From Macrostomum lignano (lineage: Eukaryota): a DNA stretch of 64,000 nucleotides. The notes beneath the pieces were generated by a model. That model was not told the origin of the DNA. It searched no databases and worked only from the letters and a program-made list of their open reading frames with translations. Every line of letters starts with the position of its first letter. The first letter of the stretch is position 1. The position numbers and the translations under genes are program-made. Shown piece after piece: positions 46,495 to 57,451 of the stretch. The stretch is from the NCBI GenBank assembly GCA_002269645.1, contig NIVC01002098.1:28343-92342 (forward strand), in the 5' to 3' direction.

Positions 46495-48960
46495 TAATTA
46501 TTGCACTTGATAAGCCAGGATTATTGGACCTAATAAACCAAGGATTATTGCACTTGATAAGCCAAAGATTACTGCACTTGATAAAGAAAGGATTATACCA
46601 AGGATTATTACACTTGATAAGCCAAGGAGTATTATACTAGCTTAGAAAGGGGCTTATGGCACTAGCTGAGAAAATGAATATTGCACTAGCTAAGAAGCAG
46701 ACTATTATACTGGCTGAAAAAGCTAAAAAAAGAGAGCTGAGACATGGATTATTGTACAACTTAAGAAAGCAATTATTGTATTAGCTTTACTAACTTTAGC
46801 TTAGTAACTCATGCTAACTTTATGAAGTATAATAAATATCAACTAAGGACTAATCAAATATTATAATCAAATTATAAATACCAATATTACTAGGGCCTAA
46901 TATATCTTTTTGATTCAAAATATTTTGTTTTCTAGACTTTTCGTTAAAGCTACAGCTACAGCTATGGGAATATGGTAACATTGGGGTCCCTCTGGCTACA
47001 GAATATGGAGAATTGGGATAAGCCATAGTTTTGCTTATGGCTACGGCTATAGTACATGGACCCTCCTTATGGCGGAACACTAGCAATAATCCTTGGTTTA
47101 TCAAGTGCAATAATCCTTGGCTTACCAAGTGCAATAATCCTTGGTTTATCAAATGCAATAATCCTTAACTTATCAAGTGCAATAATCCAAGTCTTTTTAT
47201 TTAGTCCTTTATTAAAAGCTTTCAATAAAAAAAATTACACTATTAAGATTTGAACTCAGGTTGCTGCATTAGTAGTCTTGTCTGTTCACATCTAGGCTAG
47301 CTCTTATTGAATTTATAAATGAATTTCTAGCATTTATAATTCAACACTCACCAAGTCAGTTATGCCACAATCAATTTCTTAGGCAAGTCAGTACTAGTCT
47401 CTATTAAAGTTAATAATATAGTTACGCAATATAAATCAAGTATTTTACTATGTTTCCACATTGCACTTTCAACAATAATGCAATTCAATTCAGTGTCAAA
47501 ATTCAGCCAGTAAATCGACTGGATAAATAAAAAGCTTTGTATAATGCACTTTATTTTAAAATTAGAATTCAGTCAATTAGTTTTTTTCTTAAGCATTCTT
47601 ACAATGCATTTTAAGTCAAAAGAGCTGCTTGACCTTGCAAAAAAGCATGTTGCAGATTTGGAAATTTTATTTTCCAAATTTCTAAATGTGCTTCCAAATA
47701 TGAAAAAACAAGTGTTATTAAGTAAAAGTACTTAACTTTGGGACCTTTGAGGCATTCAACCTAAAGTTGTAGGAACATTTTTAGGTAATCATTGTTTAAG
47801 TGTAATTACTACTTTGTTTTTTTTCAAAATGCAAATGCAATAGACTTTAATGTGCACTATACATGGTAAAGTTATCAAATTGCACAAATGTAATGTCAGT
47901 TAGTATTAGTAATTGGAATTAGTTAGACTAGATATATAAGAATTAAATTCAATTCTAAGTTCAATTCAGATACTAGATAGATATAATATAAGCCCGAAAT
48001 AAATTGAATATTGTCAGTAACTTAATGTACAGTACTAATATGATTACTAATTAGATGATTAGGCTAAAAGGTGTCATAGTTACTCCCACTGTTTACCTTT
48101 TATTTTTACACTAAGAAACACATTAGGATATTTGGATTCAAATTTTGAATTTTTTGTACATTTGGATTCAGTTTCGAAAACTTGCAAAAATTTACATTTA
48201 GTCCATCACTAAAACTTATGATTCAACAGTGCAAGTTCAAAGAAACTTGGTTGAGCCATTTTTTCTCTAATCAATCACATAGATAAATAGATACAGAAGA
48301 TACAGACAGACCATTGTAAGTATATGGAAAAGATTATATTATAAACATGAATGTGTACAATTAATAAATTGATTTTATAAACAAAGGTTTTACATTAGAT
48401 TTTGCAAAGAAAGGGAAACTGAAAAGGGAGAAGGAAGTATAAATCACTTGATTTGCATTGTAAGCTTAATGCACTATTGCTAAAAACCTATGTGGCCTCG
48501 TCTGAGATATTTAAAAAATTCATATATAAAATATTCATATATATTTTATGTATTCTTATTTTTTATTATTATATTTCCAATATTGAAACACAAAAAATAA
48601 ATACAAGCTTGCTTTATTGCTTTCTTCTAATGACTAAAATATGCTTTTTTGTAAGCTGCAAAAAGGTTATTCCAACAGCTAAAAAAGGATTATTGCATTG
48701 GTTTAGAAAGGGATTATTATATTAGCTAAAATATGAATAATCACACTAGCTAAGAACATGATTTTTGCATTGTATAAAAAAGGATCATTGCACTTGCACT
48801 AATTTAGAAAGAGATTATTATTGCACTAGAAAAAAAGAATTACTGCACTTGATAAAAAAGGAGTATTGCACTAACTAATAAATGGATTATAGCACTAGCT
48901 AAAAAGCAATACTATTTCACTAGCTAAGAGCATGATTATTGCATTAACTGGAGAAAATTT
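46495..48960. repeat. Dispersed degenerate repeat (CCAAGGATTATTGCACTTGATAAG) in three clusters
   Basis: Direct clusters 46495-46780 and 48660-48960; inverted cluster 47085-47190. Confidence 0.7.
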
Positions 48961-50014
48961 TGTATTAGCTTACTTGCTATCTAGGGGATGCTTGCTATTT
49001 GGAAGGTTCTTGCTATCTAGGGGGGGGGATGCTTGCTTTTTGGAGGAGGGGGTTCTTGCTATCTAGAGATTCTTGCTTTTTTGTTTATGACAAAAAGACT
49101 AAAAGAAATTGAAAGCATAAAAGCTTCTAAACTTCTGCTACACTTGACTATTTCTTATAAAGGCCTTTTTTGCTATGTATGTGTAAAATTGCCTAAAATA
49201 ATTTTGTAGTTTTGAGCTATGAGTACATAGTATTGTTGGTTAAGTTGCCTTTAACCAAAAAATTCATTGAGTTTTTAGAAAGTGGGAATTAACAAACTAA
49301 TACATTGCTATACAAAGTGCATTTAGTTAAAGAGCAGTTGAGCACACTGGAATTGCTAAAAATGGACAAGGATGCAGATTATTGACTTAATAAACACATT
49401 TAAACTTGGCTAATTTTGCTAGTGAAGTGGGAACTATAAACTAATAAGACTTTTTAAGAACAAGTGTGGTATGAGGGTTGTTGCTTATTGATGTTACACA
49501 CATTGTTAAGCTTATAGAGGAATTATAAATCTTAAGGCTTATTGTAAAAAATCCTTTTAGACAAGAGAAGAGAACTTAAAGTTAGCTTTAGTCCATAGTT
49601 ACTATTGTACGAGTATATGGTGTTGGCATTTTGGTTCTTTGTGTTTTTCAAATCTGAAGCTTTGCTCTGCCTTTTTTTCTTTGTCTGTCTCTCCTTTCTC
49701 TATTCCTCTCTAATAATCATTTTCCCAATCAAATTTAGGAAAGTCAAAACTGAAATCAAAATTCAGTCCACCTGTTAGACCATTTTTTCAAACAATGGGA
49801 CAAACAGATAAGCAGTTATGTGCAATCTCATGATAGACTTCAATGATTTTTAATGCAATTTCCATTGCATCTATGGTGTATGGTATCAAACCATTGATTA
49901 GACCAACTTTGCCATGAGATCATAACCTTTTATCTGTTTGACTAATTGATTATTGTTCTAATATTTTATGATGTTAATATGAACATACATGTACTTAATG
50001 TATCTATAATTTTA

Positions 50015-50092
50015 GCTGGCTCGAGCATCCCTTTAAAAAACGATAACCTTAATCCAGAAACTTTAGAGGCAACCCTCATATTTTATGAATGA
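50015..50092 (+). pseudogene. Possible hAT transposase dimerisation-domain tail remnant
   Basis: After TTTTAG|: AGSSIPLKNDNLNPETLEATLIFYE*, resembling the hATC end AG..I..KRN.L.PETLEAL.F; very short. Confidence 0.35.
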
Positions 50093-50544
50093 AAACCTAT
50101 ATATGGTTTCTTTAAATTGACAATTATTTTGTACATTCACTTTTGGCATCTGTTTATATGGACTAACTATTCTTTAGTGTCAATAAGAGTTGGGTTAGAT
50201 TTTCTATTTTTAACAATCATATATAAATGTAATTACTTAACATTAGTTCGAGGCTCTCAGTAGATAATAAAAATCAGTTTATTTCTGTGGAAACAAAAAA
50301 GTTATAAGACTTTAGCATATTTATCTTAGTTATAGTTAAAATGAACACACAGACAAAGAACCCTTGATAGGATTCATCACCTTGCCCTTTATAAATTTAT
50401 TAATGTTTCTTATGGTAGCGAGAAACAGTCAGTCTTGTATATTTCTATTAGGCTGCACAGTTTCAGTGTACATTTGTTAGAAATAGAAACACCGCACAAA
50501 TATTTGCTATTGACTAAATTGCACACAAACATTGGACTCCCTTC

Positions 50545-52587
50545 ATGCAGCAGCAGCGGCAGGCTAGCAGCAGCATGATGAGTCAGAAGCAGCCGCAGCT
50601 GCAGCAGGCGCTGACGCCTAGCCGGTCCTATCTAATGGCCGGCAGCGCGTCGCCTGCACCGCCGCAGTCGCCAGCGTCGCTCAATACGCCGCTGAGCAAA
50701 TCCGGCAGCGGCGAAGGTGGTCGAAGCGGCGGCGGCGGCAAGTCGGAGACAAAAGTGCCAAAGCCGCCGAAGCCGCCAGAGAAGCCGCTGGTGCCCTACA
50801 TGCGCTACAGTAGACGTGTCTGGGAGCGAGTTAAGCTGGATAATCCAAACCTCAAGCTGTGGGAGGTTGGCAAAATTATTGGCCAAATGTGGCGTGAACT
50901 TGGCGACGATGAGAAGCAGGAATTTGTAGAGGAATACGAGGCCGACAAGGCCCAGTATAGCGAGGTGCTCCGCCAGTACCACAACTCGCCGCAGTACCTG
51001 GCCTGGCTAGCCGTCAAAGAGCGGGCCGAGCGCCTTGCCGAGGAGGATGCGGCCAATGCCGCCTCGGCCAACGCAACGGCAGCCGCCGCCATAGCCGCAA
51101 AGCGCGAGGGCCGAGGGCACCACCATCATAACTCTATGGACCATAATCAGCTCGGCGACCATCCCGACGCCGACGGTGGCCACCGCTCCGGTGACCCCGG
51201 CTGGGCACTCGGCGTCAACGGCTTTCTATGGGACGACGAACTGGACGAGGCCTGGTCGATTCGGCACGCCGCCACGGTGCGCTATCGTAGGAATCACCGC
51301 CTACTGCTTGACGTGCTGTCCGAAGCTCGCGTCCCAGACGGCCGTCAACTGGTGCCGCCAGCCCGGGTTCACAGTCTCAGACGGCAGTGCGAGTCGCTTG
51401 AGGCGCACAATTCCCGATTGTCCACCGAGCTTGCCGCTTTAGAGACTCAACACGGCGAGCGTCGGGCCCAGATGCAACGCTGGACTGAGAGATTTCGCCA
51501 GGCTATGCGAGACTCTTTGGAGGCAAAGCCTAAGCCTGACTTTGCCAAGCTGCTCGCTCGAGCTCAGGAAGACGCTGCGGCTGGTCGGCTTGGCAACGAG
51601 GATGCGAGATTAGCGCCGCTTCAGCCCATCGCTACCACGAGTGTTTCCCCACCACCGCCGCCGCCGCAGCAGCAGCAGCAGCAGCAGCAGCCTCTAGCGC
51701 CGCCGTTACCGTCGTCGCCCCAGCAGCAGCAGCAGCCAATGATGCAGGATTCGCGCCAATCGGCTCCTGTTCCAGCTCCTCACCAGCCTCATCATCTTCA
51801 ACAGCAGCAACAGTTGCTTCCTCCGCCGCCCCCGCCGCCCCCGCCGCCCCCGCCGCCTCCACCCGTTTCGGAGTCTTCGAAGCCGCCTGCTAAACGGCGA
51901 AAAAAGAAAAAGAAAAAGGAACCAACTCCGCCGCCGCTTGCGCAAGCGGCTTCTCAGCAGCAGCAGCAGCCAGCCCCAAATTCGTCTCTTGGGCCTCCGC
52001 CTGCAAAGTCGCCGTCAGCCAAGTCGCATCACGGCACTCCTAAACAGCAGCAGCAGCAGCATCATCAGCCAGATCATCCAGCCTCCGATTCGATCCCGCC
52101 ACCTTCTGGCTACCCTCCTCCGCAGCACCCAATGACCTCCCAGCCACCACCTGGCCATTTCGGTCCGCCGCCGCCCTCGCCCTCGTCGCACGCTGGCGGA
52201 CCGCCGCCGCCCCCGCCGCCGACTCACTTTGGCGGCCAACCGCGCGGCGGCTACGGGGCGCCACCAGGCGGCGGAGGCTATGGCGGCCCGCCTTACATGG
52301 CCCCGCCCGGCCCAGCCTATTACCAGCAGCCGCAGCAGCCCTATGGATACGATCCCTCTGCTGGTTATCTGTCCATGCCTCCGCCGCCTCCGCCACCGCC
52401 TCCACACGGGGCTTATCAGCATCATCAGCAGATGCACATGCAGCACCAGCAGCAGCCACCGCCGCCGCCGCAGCAACAGCCGCCTCAGCAGCAGGCGCCT
52501 CCACAGGCGGGCGGACAACCCTACGTTGGTGGGCCTCCTGGCGTGATGATGCATCATCACCACACACCGTTTCCTCACAACTGCTGA
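50545..52587 (+). CDS. SMARCE1: SWI/SNF subunit SMARCE1/BAF57 (Bap111-like), single coding exon, 680 aa; true start may be Met at 50575
   Basis: PKPPKPPEKPLVPYMRYSRRVWERVK.DNPNLKLWEVGKIIGQMWREL HMG box, YHNSPQYLAW, then NHRLL domain and coiled coil, as in BAF57. Confidence 0.95.
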   Translation: MQQQRQASSSMMSQKQPQLQQALTPSRSYLMAGSASPAPPQSPASLNTPLSKSGSGEGGRSGGGGKSETKVPKPPKPPEKPLVPYMRYSRRVWERVKLDNPNLKLWEVGKIIGQMWRELGDDEKQEFVEEYEADKAQYSEVLRQYHNSPQYLAWLAVKERAERLAEEDAANAASANATAAAAIAAKREGRGHHHHNSMDHNQLGDHPDADGGHRSGDPGWALGVNGFLWDDELDEAWSIRHAATVRYRRNHRLLLDVLSEARVPDGRQLVPPARVHSLRRQCESLEAHNSRLSTELAALETQHGERRAQMQRWTERFRQAMRDSLEAKPKPDFAKLLARAQEDAAAGRLGNEDARLAPLQPIATTSVSPPPPPPQQQQQQQQPLAPPLPSSPQQQQQPMMQDSRQSAPVPAPHQPHHLQQQQQLLPPPPPPPPPPPPPPPVSESSKPPAKRRKKKKKKEPTPPPLAQAASQQQQQPAPNSSLGPPPAKSPSAKSHHGTPKQQQQQHHQPDHPASDSIPPPSGYPPPQHPMTSQPPPGHFGPPPPSPSSHAGGPPPPPPPTHFGGQPRGGYGAPPGGGGYGGPPYMAPPGPAYYQQPQQPYGYDPSAGYLSMPPPPPPPPPHGAYQHHQQMHMQHQQQPPPPPQQQPPQQQAPPQAGGQPYVGGPPGVMMHHHHTPFPHNC

Positions 52588-52863
52588 TGTAAATTGCTAT
52601 TTTTACTAAATTATTATTAATATTATTATTAATTCATCTTTTTGATATGATTTTATTATACGCCTTGTAACAATTTTTGCCCTATTTTTTTAATTTGTGT
52701 CACCCGTCTACCGTGTTGTGTGGTTTTTATTCTTCCATATGGGAAAGCCATATTTGTGTGTACAAATCTATGCTCAATGATCTACAGAACCGCAGTACCA
52801 TCCTAAACAGTTAGTGTTGTCTTTTTTATCACTGTCTGCTTTGCCCTCATGTAGATCATATGC

Positions 52864-54005
52864 AATTTATTCCCCACTTGGGCCCGGGCTGTAGACTATA
52901 GAAACATATTTATTCCCCTATTAGGCCCGGCCATAGACTACAGAAACGTATTTATTCCCCACTTGGGCCAGGCCATAGACTACAGAAACGTATTTATTCC
53001 CCACTTGGGCCAGGCCATAGACTACAGAAACATATTTATTCCCCACTTGGGCCAGGCCATAGACTACAGAAGCGTATTTATTACCCACTTGGGCCAGGCC
53101 ATAGACTACAGAAACGTATTTATTCCCCACTTGGGCCAGGCCATAGACTACAGAAACGTATTTATTCCCCACTTGGGCCAGGCCATAGACTACAGAAACG
53201 TATTTTTTACCCACTTGGGCCCGGCCATAGACTACAGAAACATATTTATTCCCCACTTGGGCCAGGCCATAGACTACAGAAACGTATTTATTCCCCACTT
53301 GGGCCAGGCCATAGACTACAGAAACGTATTTATTACCCACTTGGGCCCAGCCATAGACTACAGAAACGTATTTATTCCCCACTTAAGCCGGGCCATATAC
53401 TACAGAAACGTATTTATTCCCCACTTGGGCCAGGCCATAGACTACAGAAACGTATTTATTCCCCACTTGGGCCAGGCCATAGACTACAGAAACGTATTTA
53501 TTCCCCACTTGGGCCAGGCCATAGACTACAGAAACGTATTTATTACCCACTTGGGCCCAGCCATAGACTACAGAAACGTATTTATTACCCACTTGGGCCC
53601 AGCCATAGACTACAGAAACGTATTTATTCCCCACTTAAGCTGGGCCATATACTACAGAAACGTATTTATTCCCCACTTGGGCCAGGCCATAGACTACAGA
53701 AACGTATTTATTCCCCACTTGGGCCAGGCCATAGACTACAGAAACGTATTTATTCCCCACTTGGGCCAGGCCATAGACTACAGAAACGTATTTATTCCCC
53801 ACTTGGGCCAGGCCATAGACTACAGAAACATATTTATTCCCCACTTGGGCCAGGCCATAGACTACAGAAACGTATTTATTACCCACTTGGGCCAGGCCAT
53901 AGACTACAGAAACGTATTTAGTCCCCACTTGGGCCCGACCATAGACTACAGAAACTTATTTATTCCTTTATTAGGCCCGGCCATAGACTACAGGAACGTG
54001 TTTAT
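52864..54005. repeat. 42-bp minisatellite (GGCCAGGCCATAGACTACAGAAACGTATTTATTCCCCACTTG), about 27 copies
   Basis: Contiguous units with no spacers, about 280 nt downstream of the SMARCE1 stop. Confidence 0.97.
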
Positions 54006-55369
54006 TAGCCTTTTGTTTATCTAAGTGTGGAATAAATATCCATACGCGTGGCCGAAGCCGTTCGCGGCCACAAATTAAGCAAGCGGGGGAATAACTTGTA
54101 CTTATTGGCGTTATATAGCTCATGCTACATAGGAAATCAATGTTTTACACATTTTTGCGTGTGTATATATAATTACTAGGTATTAAAGTTCCTGGTGAAT
54201 AGATTAAAATGACCGGCGTCAGCTTTTTAAAAGATCAGTTTTATTACCTTTCTGTGTACATGTTGTTGTTAAGCCTGGAATAAATTAAACTAGTGCTGGG
54301 TACTGTTTTTAGTCTGTGTTGTTTGCCGGAAAAAATTCTCTGCAAATTGGCCACGTAATAATAATAATAAATTCAAATAATGCAGTTTAATTGCGTGTTT
54401 GTTTTGTTAATAAATTAGAAAATGCAGCTTAGTTAAATGCTGTCCCTGTCTGCAATTATTATATATTAATTATAATGTCATTTGTCATTTCTACTTCCAT
54501 TGCTCTTGTAGTTTTCTATATTGATAATGTTTTAACTTTTTGCCCCGCCGGCAATCTGTAAGCCTGATTTGCTTAATCTCAAATATAGTTATTTATTTAA
54601 TCTCCCCTTATTTTTGTTTTTGCATGCTGAATTTAAGAAAAAAAATTTTTTTTGATACGGTTTACTAATGATTGTTGTATGCGCTTGCTTGCAACTTGGT
54701 TATTAATTTTTATAATTCTGTTTGCATATTTTATGTCGCACAGCGCAATGACTACTGTACAGATTTCAGCACGCGTATATATTATATATAGTTATAATCT
54801 CGCTCTATTTATACATTTTTGTCATTTTTTAATCCGAACCAACTCTCTCTGAACAGCTGACATTTTAGTATTACTTATTAATACTACAATATATACGCTA
54901 CTGACGATGAACTCTGGCAACTTTTCTATCGTCACGAGCCTTCTAGTTAGTTATTATATCTCTAGTAGCATATCCGATGACCAGTCTGTCTATATTTTTG
55001 TGCCCCATCTGCAACACGATTCTATCATAATAAAGTCACTCTTGCTTATTAAAAGTCAAAAACATTCGTTTAAAACCTTTAATTACTAATCATTTCCTCT
55101 GCTAAGCGTTATTATAAAACAAACTGATTGTGACGTATGTAAAGGATGTCTATTAGGCTACACATTAGTTTTAATCGATAGTAGAGCTAATCAAGATGGT
55201 AACTTATTAGTCAACGATAAACATTTACAGGGCAGTGCGCAGTACTATATGTTTTTGCGTATTTATGATTCAGCTTGGCATGATACTTAATTTGGCTATG
55301 GTAACTAATGACGCAGCTCTACTGTAGGTACGCAGAAATGATAAGCATGTAAATCTATATTAAGGTAAT

Positions 55370-57451
55370 TCACACAGTGGCCTCGAGCAGGTCAATACCA
55401 GGCATTGACAACGCCAGGTCTCCATTCTCTTGCTTCTTCGTATTCAAGACTGGCGGCTCGCTACTGGCGATGAGGCCCAGATTCATACTACTGCTGGTCA
55501 CCAGCTGGGTGCCCTCGACCAGCAGGAAGCTGGCGTGCAGGTTCTGCACACTTCGCATGGTCTCCTGCAGCTCACTCTTGTTGGCCTCCTGGCGCTGGCT
55601 GAACCGCGGCAGGAGCAGGATGCTGAAGATGACGGAGCTCAGAGCGAAGAGGCCGCCGCCCACAGCGAACGGGAGCAGGTACTTGGTGCTGGGGCTGTAC
55701 AGGGAGGCTGCGAGCGGTGACCCTACGCAGGTACTGATTCCCCTGGCCAGAGTGATGAGGCCAAAAGCGCTGGTTAGGTTGTCTAGGCCAACTAGGCGGC
55801 ACAGAATCTCCGAGGTGAGGGTGATGAAGGGGGCCAGAGTGACGCCGAGCGCCGTGTAGGTGGCGATCAGCATCGGGAAGCTGGTTGAGTAGTTGAGCAC
55901 CAGCACCAGGACTGCGCTGAAGAATAGCGAGACATTGTTGACGAGCAGGGGCGACACCTTCGGGTTGCCGGCGGCCCATCCGACCAGAATGCGGCTGAGG
56001 GTGTTGGCGCTGCCGAAGGCTGTATTCAGGTACTTGGACTCGCCGTCAGAGACTCCAGCCTCGCGGGCAAAGTCGTTTACAAAAAATAGGGGAATGTAGA
56101 AAGCGAGCATTGTGGCTAGATTGCTCAGCCACACTATTAGATAGCTGGTGTCCTTCATCAGTGACACGTCAGTCATCATGAGAAACGCGTCACAAATCGG
56201 CTTGGGCAGGCATCTGCCTTCCTCGGCGCTTTCGGTATCCGCTTCTTTTCCTGATTCAGCTGTGTTGTTTATTAACCTGGGATAAGCAGGCTCTCCTGGT
56301 ATTCGCGTCATGGACAGGAACAGCTGACTTGGTGTCAGTGTAGATTTGGTTCTTATTCTGTTGCTCGCCAGACTCGCCACAGAGCCGGCATAGAAGATAT
56401 CCTTGCGGTACAGAGGCCGCTTCAAGTCACCCATGGCCGCCGTTGCTATGGGGTCGTCACACACCGCCTTGACGTCAAATTGGCGCGCCCGAGCAGCCTT
56501 GGCGACTTTGCAGCGGTTGCTGGCGGAGCCCGCAGGGATTTTCGTACGGTGGTCGACGAGCGCAGGCAGGGATCGTAGCACGGCTCCCACGCTTCCGCCC
56601 TCGGTGCTGGTGCTCATCTTCCTGATGCTCACAGTTGAGGCAACCAGCTCTCGGCATGCAGCCGCCTCGTCTGTGTCGTCAGGCCTGCGGCCACGCTCCA
56701 CACGTGACGTGCTGCGGCATCTCTGCTGCACCGGCTCCGGCTCGTTCGGCTTCATCAGGGCGCCGAACACGGCAGAGTTAAACACGATTCCTCCCAGAAT
56801 GAGCAGGCAATTCCTCCAGCCGAACTCCTCAGTCAGAGCTCTGGTCAGTGGCCCCATCACCATGGTGCCGATCCCCGTGCCGCAGACGGCCAGCCCCATG
56901 GCCAAAGCTCGATATTCCTCGAAGTAAAAATTGACGCAAACCATCGAGGGCAGGTAGATCAGTCCGAATCCGATGCCCCCGAGAACGCCGTAGGTGAATG
57001 TGAGTATGGTGAGGCTGGGAGCGAAGCTGCTGATCACGAAGGCAGCGGTTGCTAGCACTGCGCCCGCTATGCAGACTGGACGGCAGCCGAACTTGTTCAC
57101 CAGAGCTCCAGCTATTGGACCAGTTAGTAAAAAGACGCCGCATAGAAGCGATCCGATAAGCGTTACAGAAGCCTTATCAGCGTTAAAATACTCGCAGAAA
57201 TCGCCCAGCAGATAGCCGAATGAGTTTGCGATGCCGTCCACAATTACACTGTTCATCATGCAGGCGAAAGTCACAACCCAGCCGTAGCCTCTGTCTAGCG
57301 GCAGGGGCAGCACGTCCTCGGTATTCACCGTCACAACTTTGAGTGCAGCGGCCTGATCATCCGTTACCAGTTCTGTTGCTTCATCAGCAGCCTTCTCCGT
57401 GGATTCCATATCTTTTAATTGGCTTAGATTTGCACACGCTTTTTTTAACAC
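55370..57451 (-). CDS. SLC16A: Monocarboxylate transporter (SLC16/MCT family, MFS), single coding exon; likely start Met at 57409
   Basis: PLDRGYGWVV TM1 motif, VNKFGCRPVCIAG, EEYRALAMGLAVCGTGIG, large central loop with RPLYRKDIFYAGS, second 6-TM half. Confidence 0.95.
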   Translation of the reverse strand: MLKKACANLSQLKDMESTEKAADEATELVTDDQAAALKVVTVNTEDVLPLPLDRGYGWVVTFACMMNSVIVDGIANSFGYLLGDFCEYFNADKASVTLIGSLLCGVFLLTGPIAGALVNKFGCRPVCIAGAVLATAAFVISSFAPSLTILTFTYGVLGGIGFGLIYLPSMVCVNFYFEEYRALAMGLAVCGTGIGTMVMGPLTRALTEEFGWRNCLLILGGIVFNSAVFGALMKPNEPEPVQQRCRSTSRVERGRRPDDTDEAAACRELVASTVSIRKMSTSTEGGSVGAVLRSLPALVDHRTKIPAGSASNRCKVAKAARARQFDVKAVCDDPIATAAMGDLKRPLYRKDIFYAGSVASLASNRIRTKSTLTPSQLFLSMTRIPGEPAYPRLINNTAESGKEADTESAEEGRCLPKPICDAFLMMTDVSLMKDTSYLIVWLSNLATMLAFYIPLFFVNDFAREAGVSDGESKYLNTAFGSANTLSRILVGWAAGNPKVSPLLVNNVSLFFSAVLVLVLNYSTSFPMLIATYTALGVTLAPFITLTSEILCRLVGLDNLTSAFGLITLARGISTCVGSPLAASLYSPSTKYLLPFAVGGGLFALSSVIFSILLLPRFSQRQEANKSELQETMRSVQNLHASFLLVEGTQLVTSSSMNLGLIASSEPPVLNTKKQENGDLALSMPGIDLLEATV

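Noticed and set aside
52864-54024. 353-aa repeat ORF and CRISPR-like appearance of the 42-bp array
   Set aside because: Units are contiguous with no unique spacers, no cas genes, eukaryotic context; 42 is a multiple of 3, which explains the open frame.
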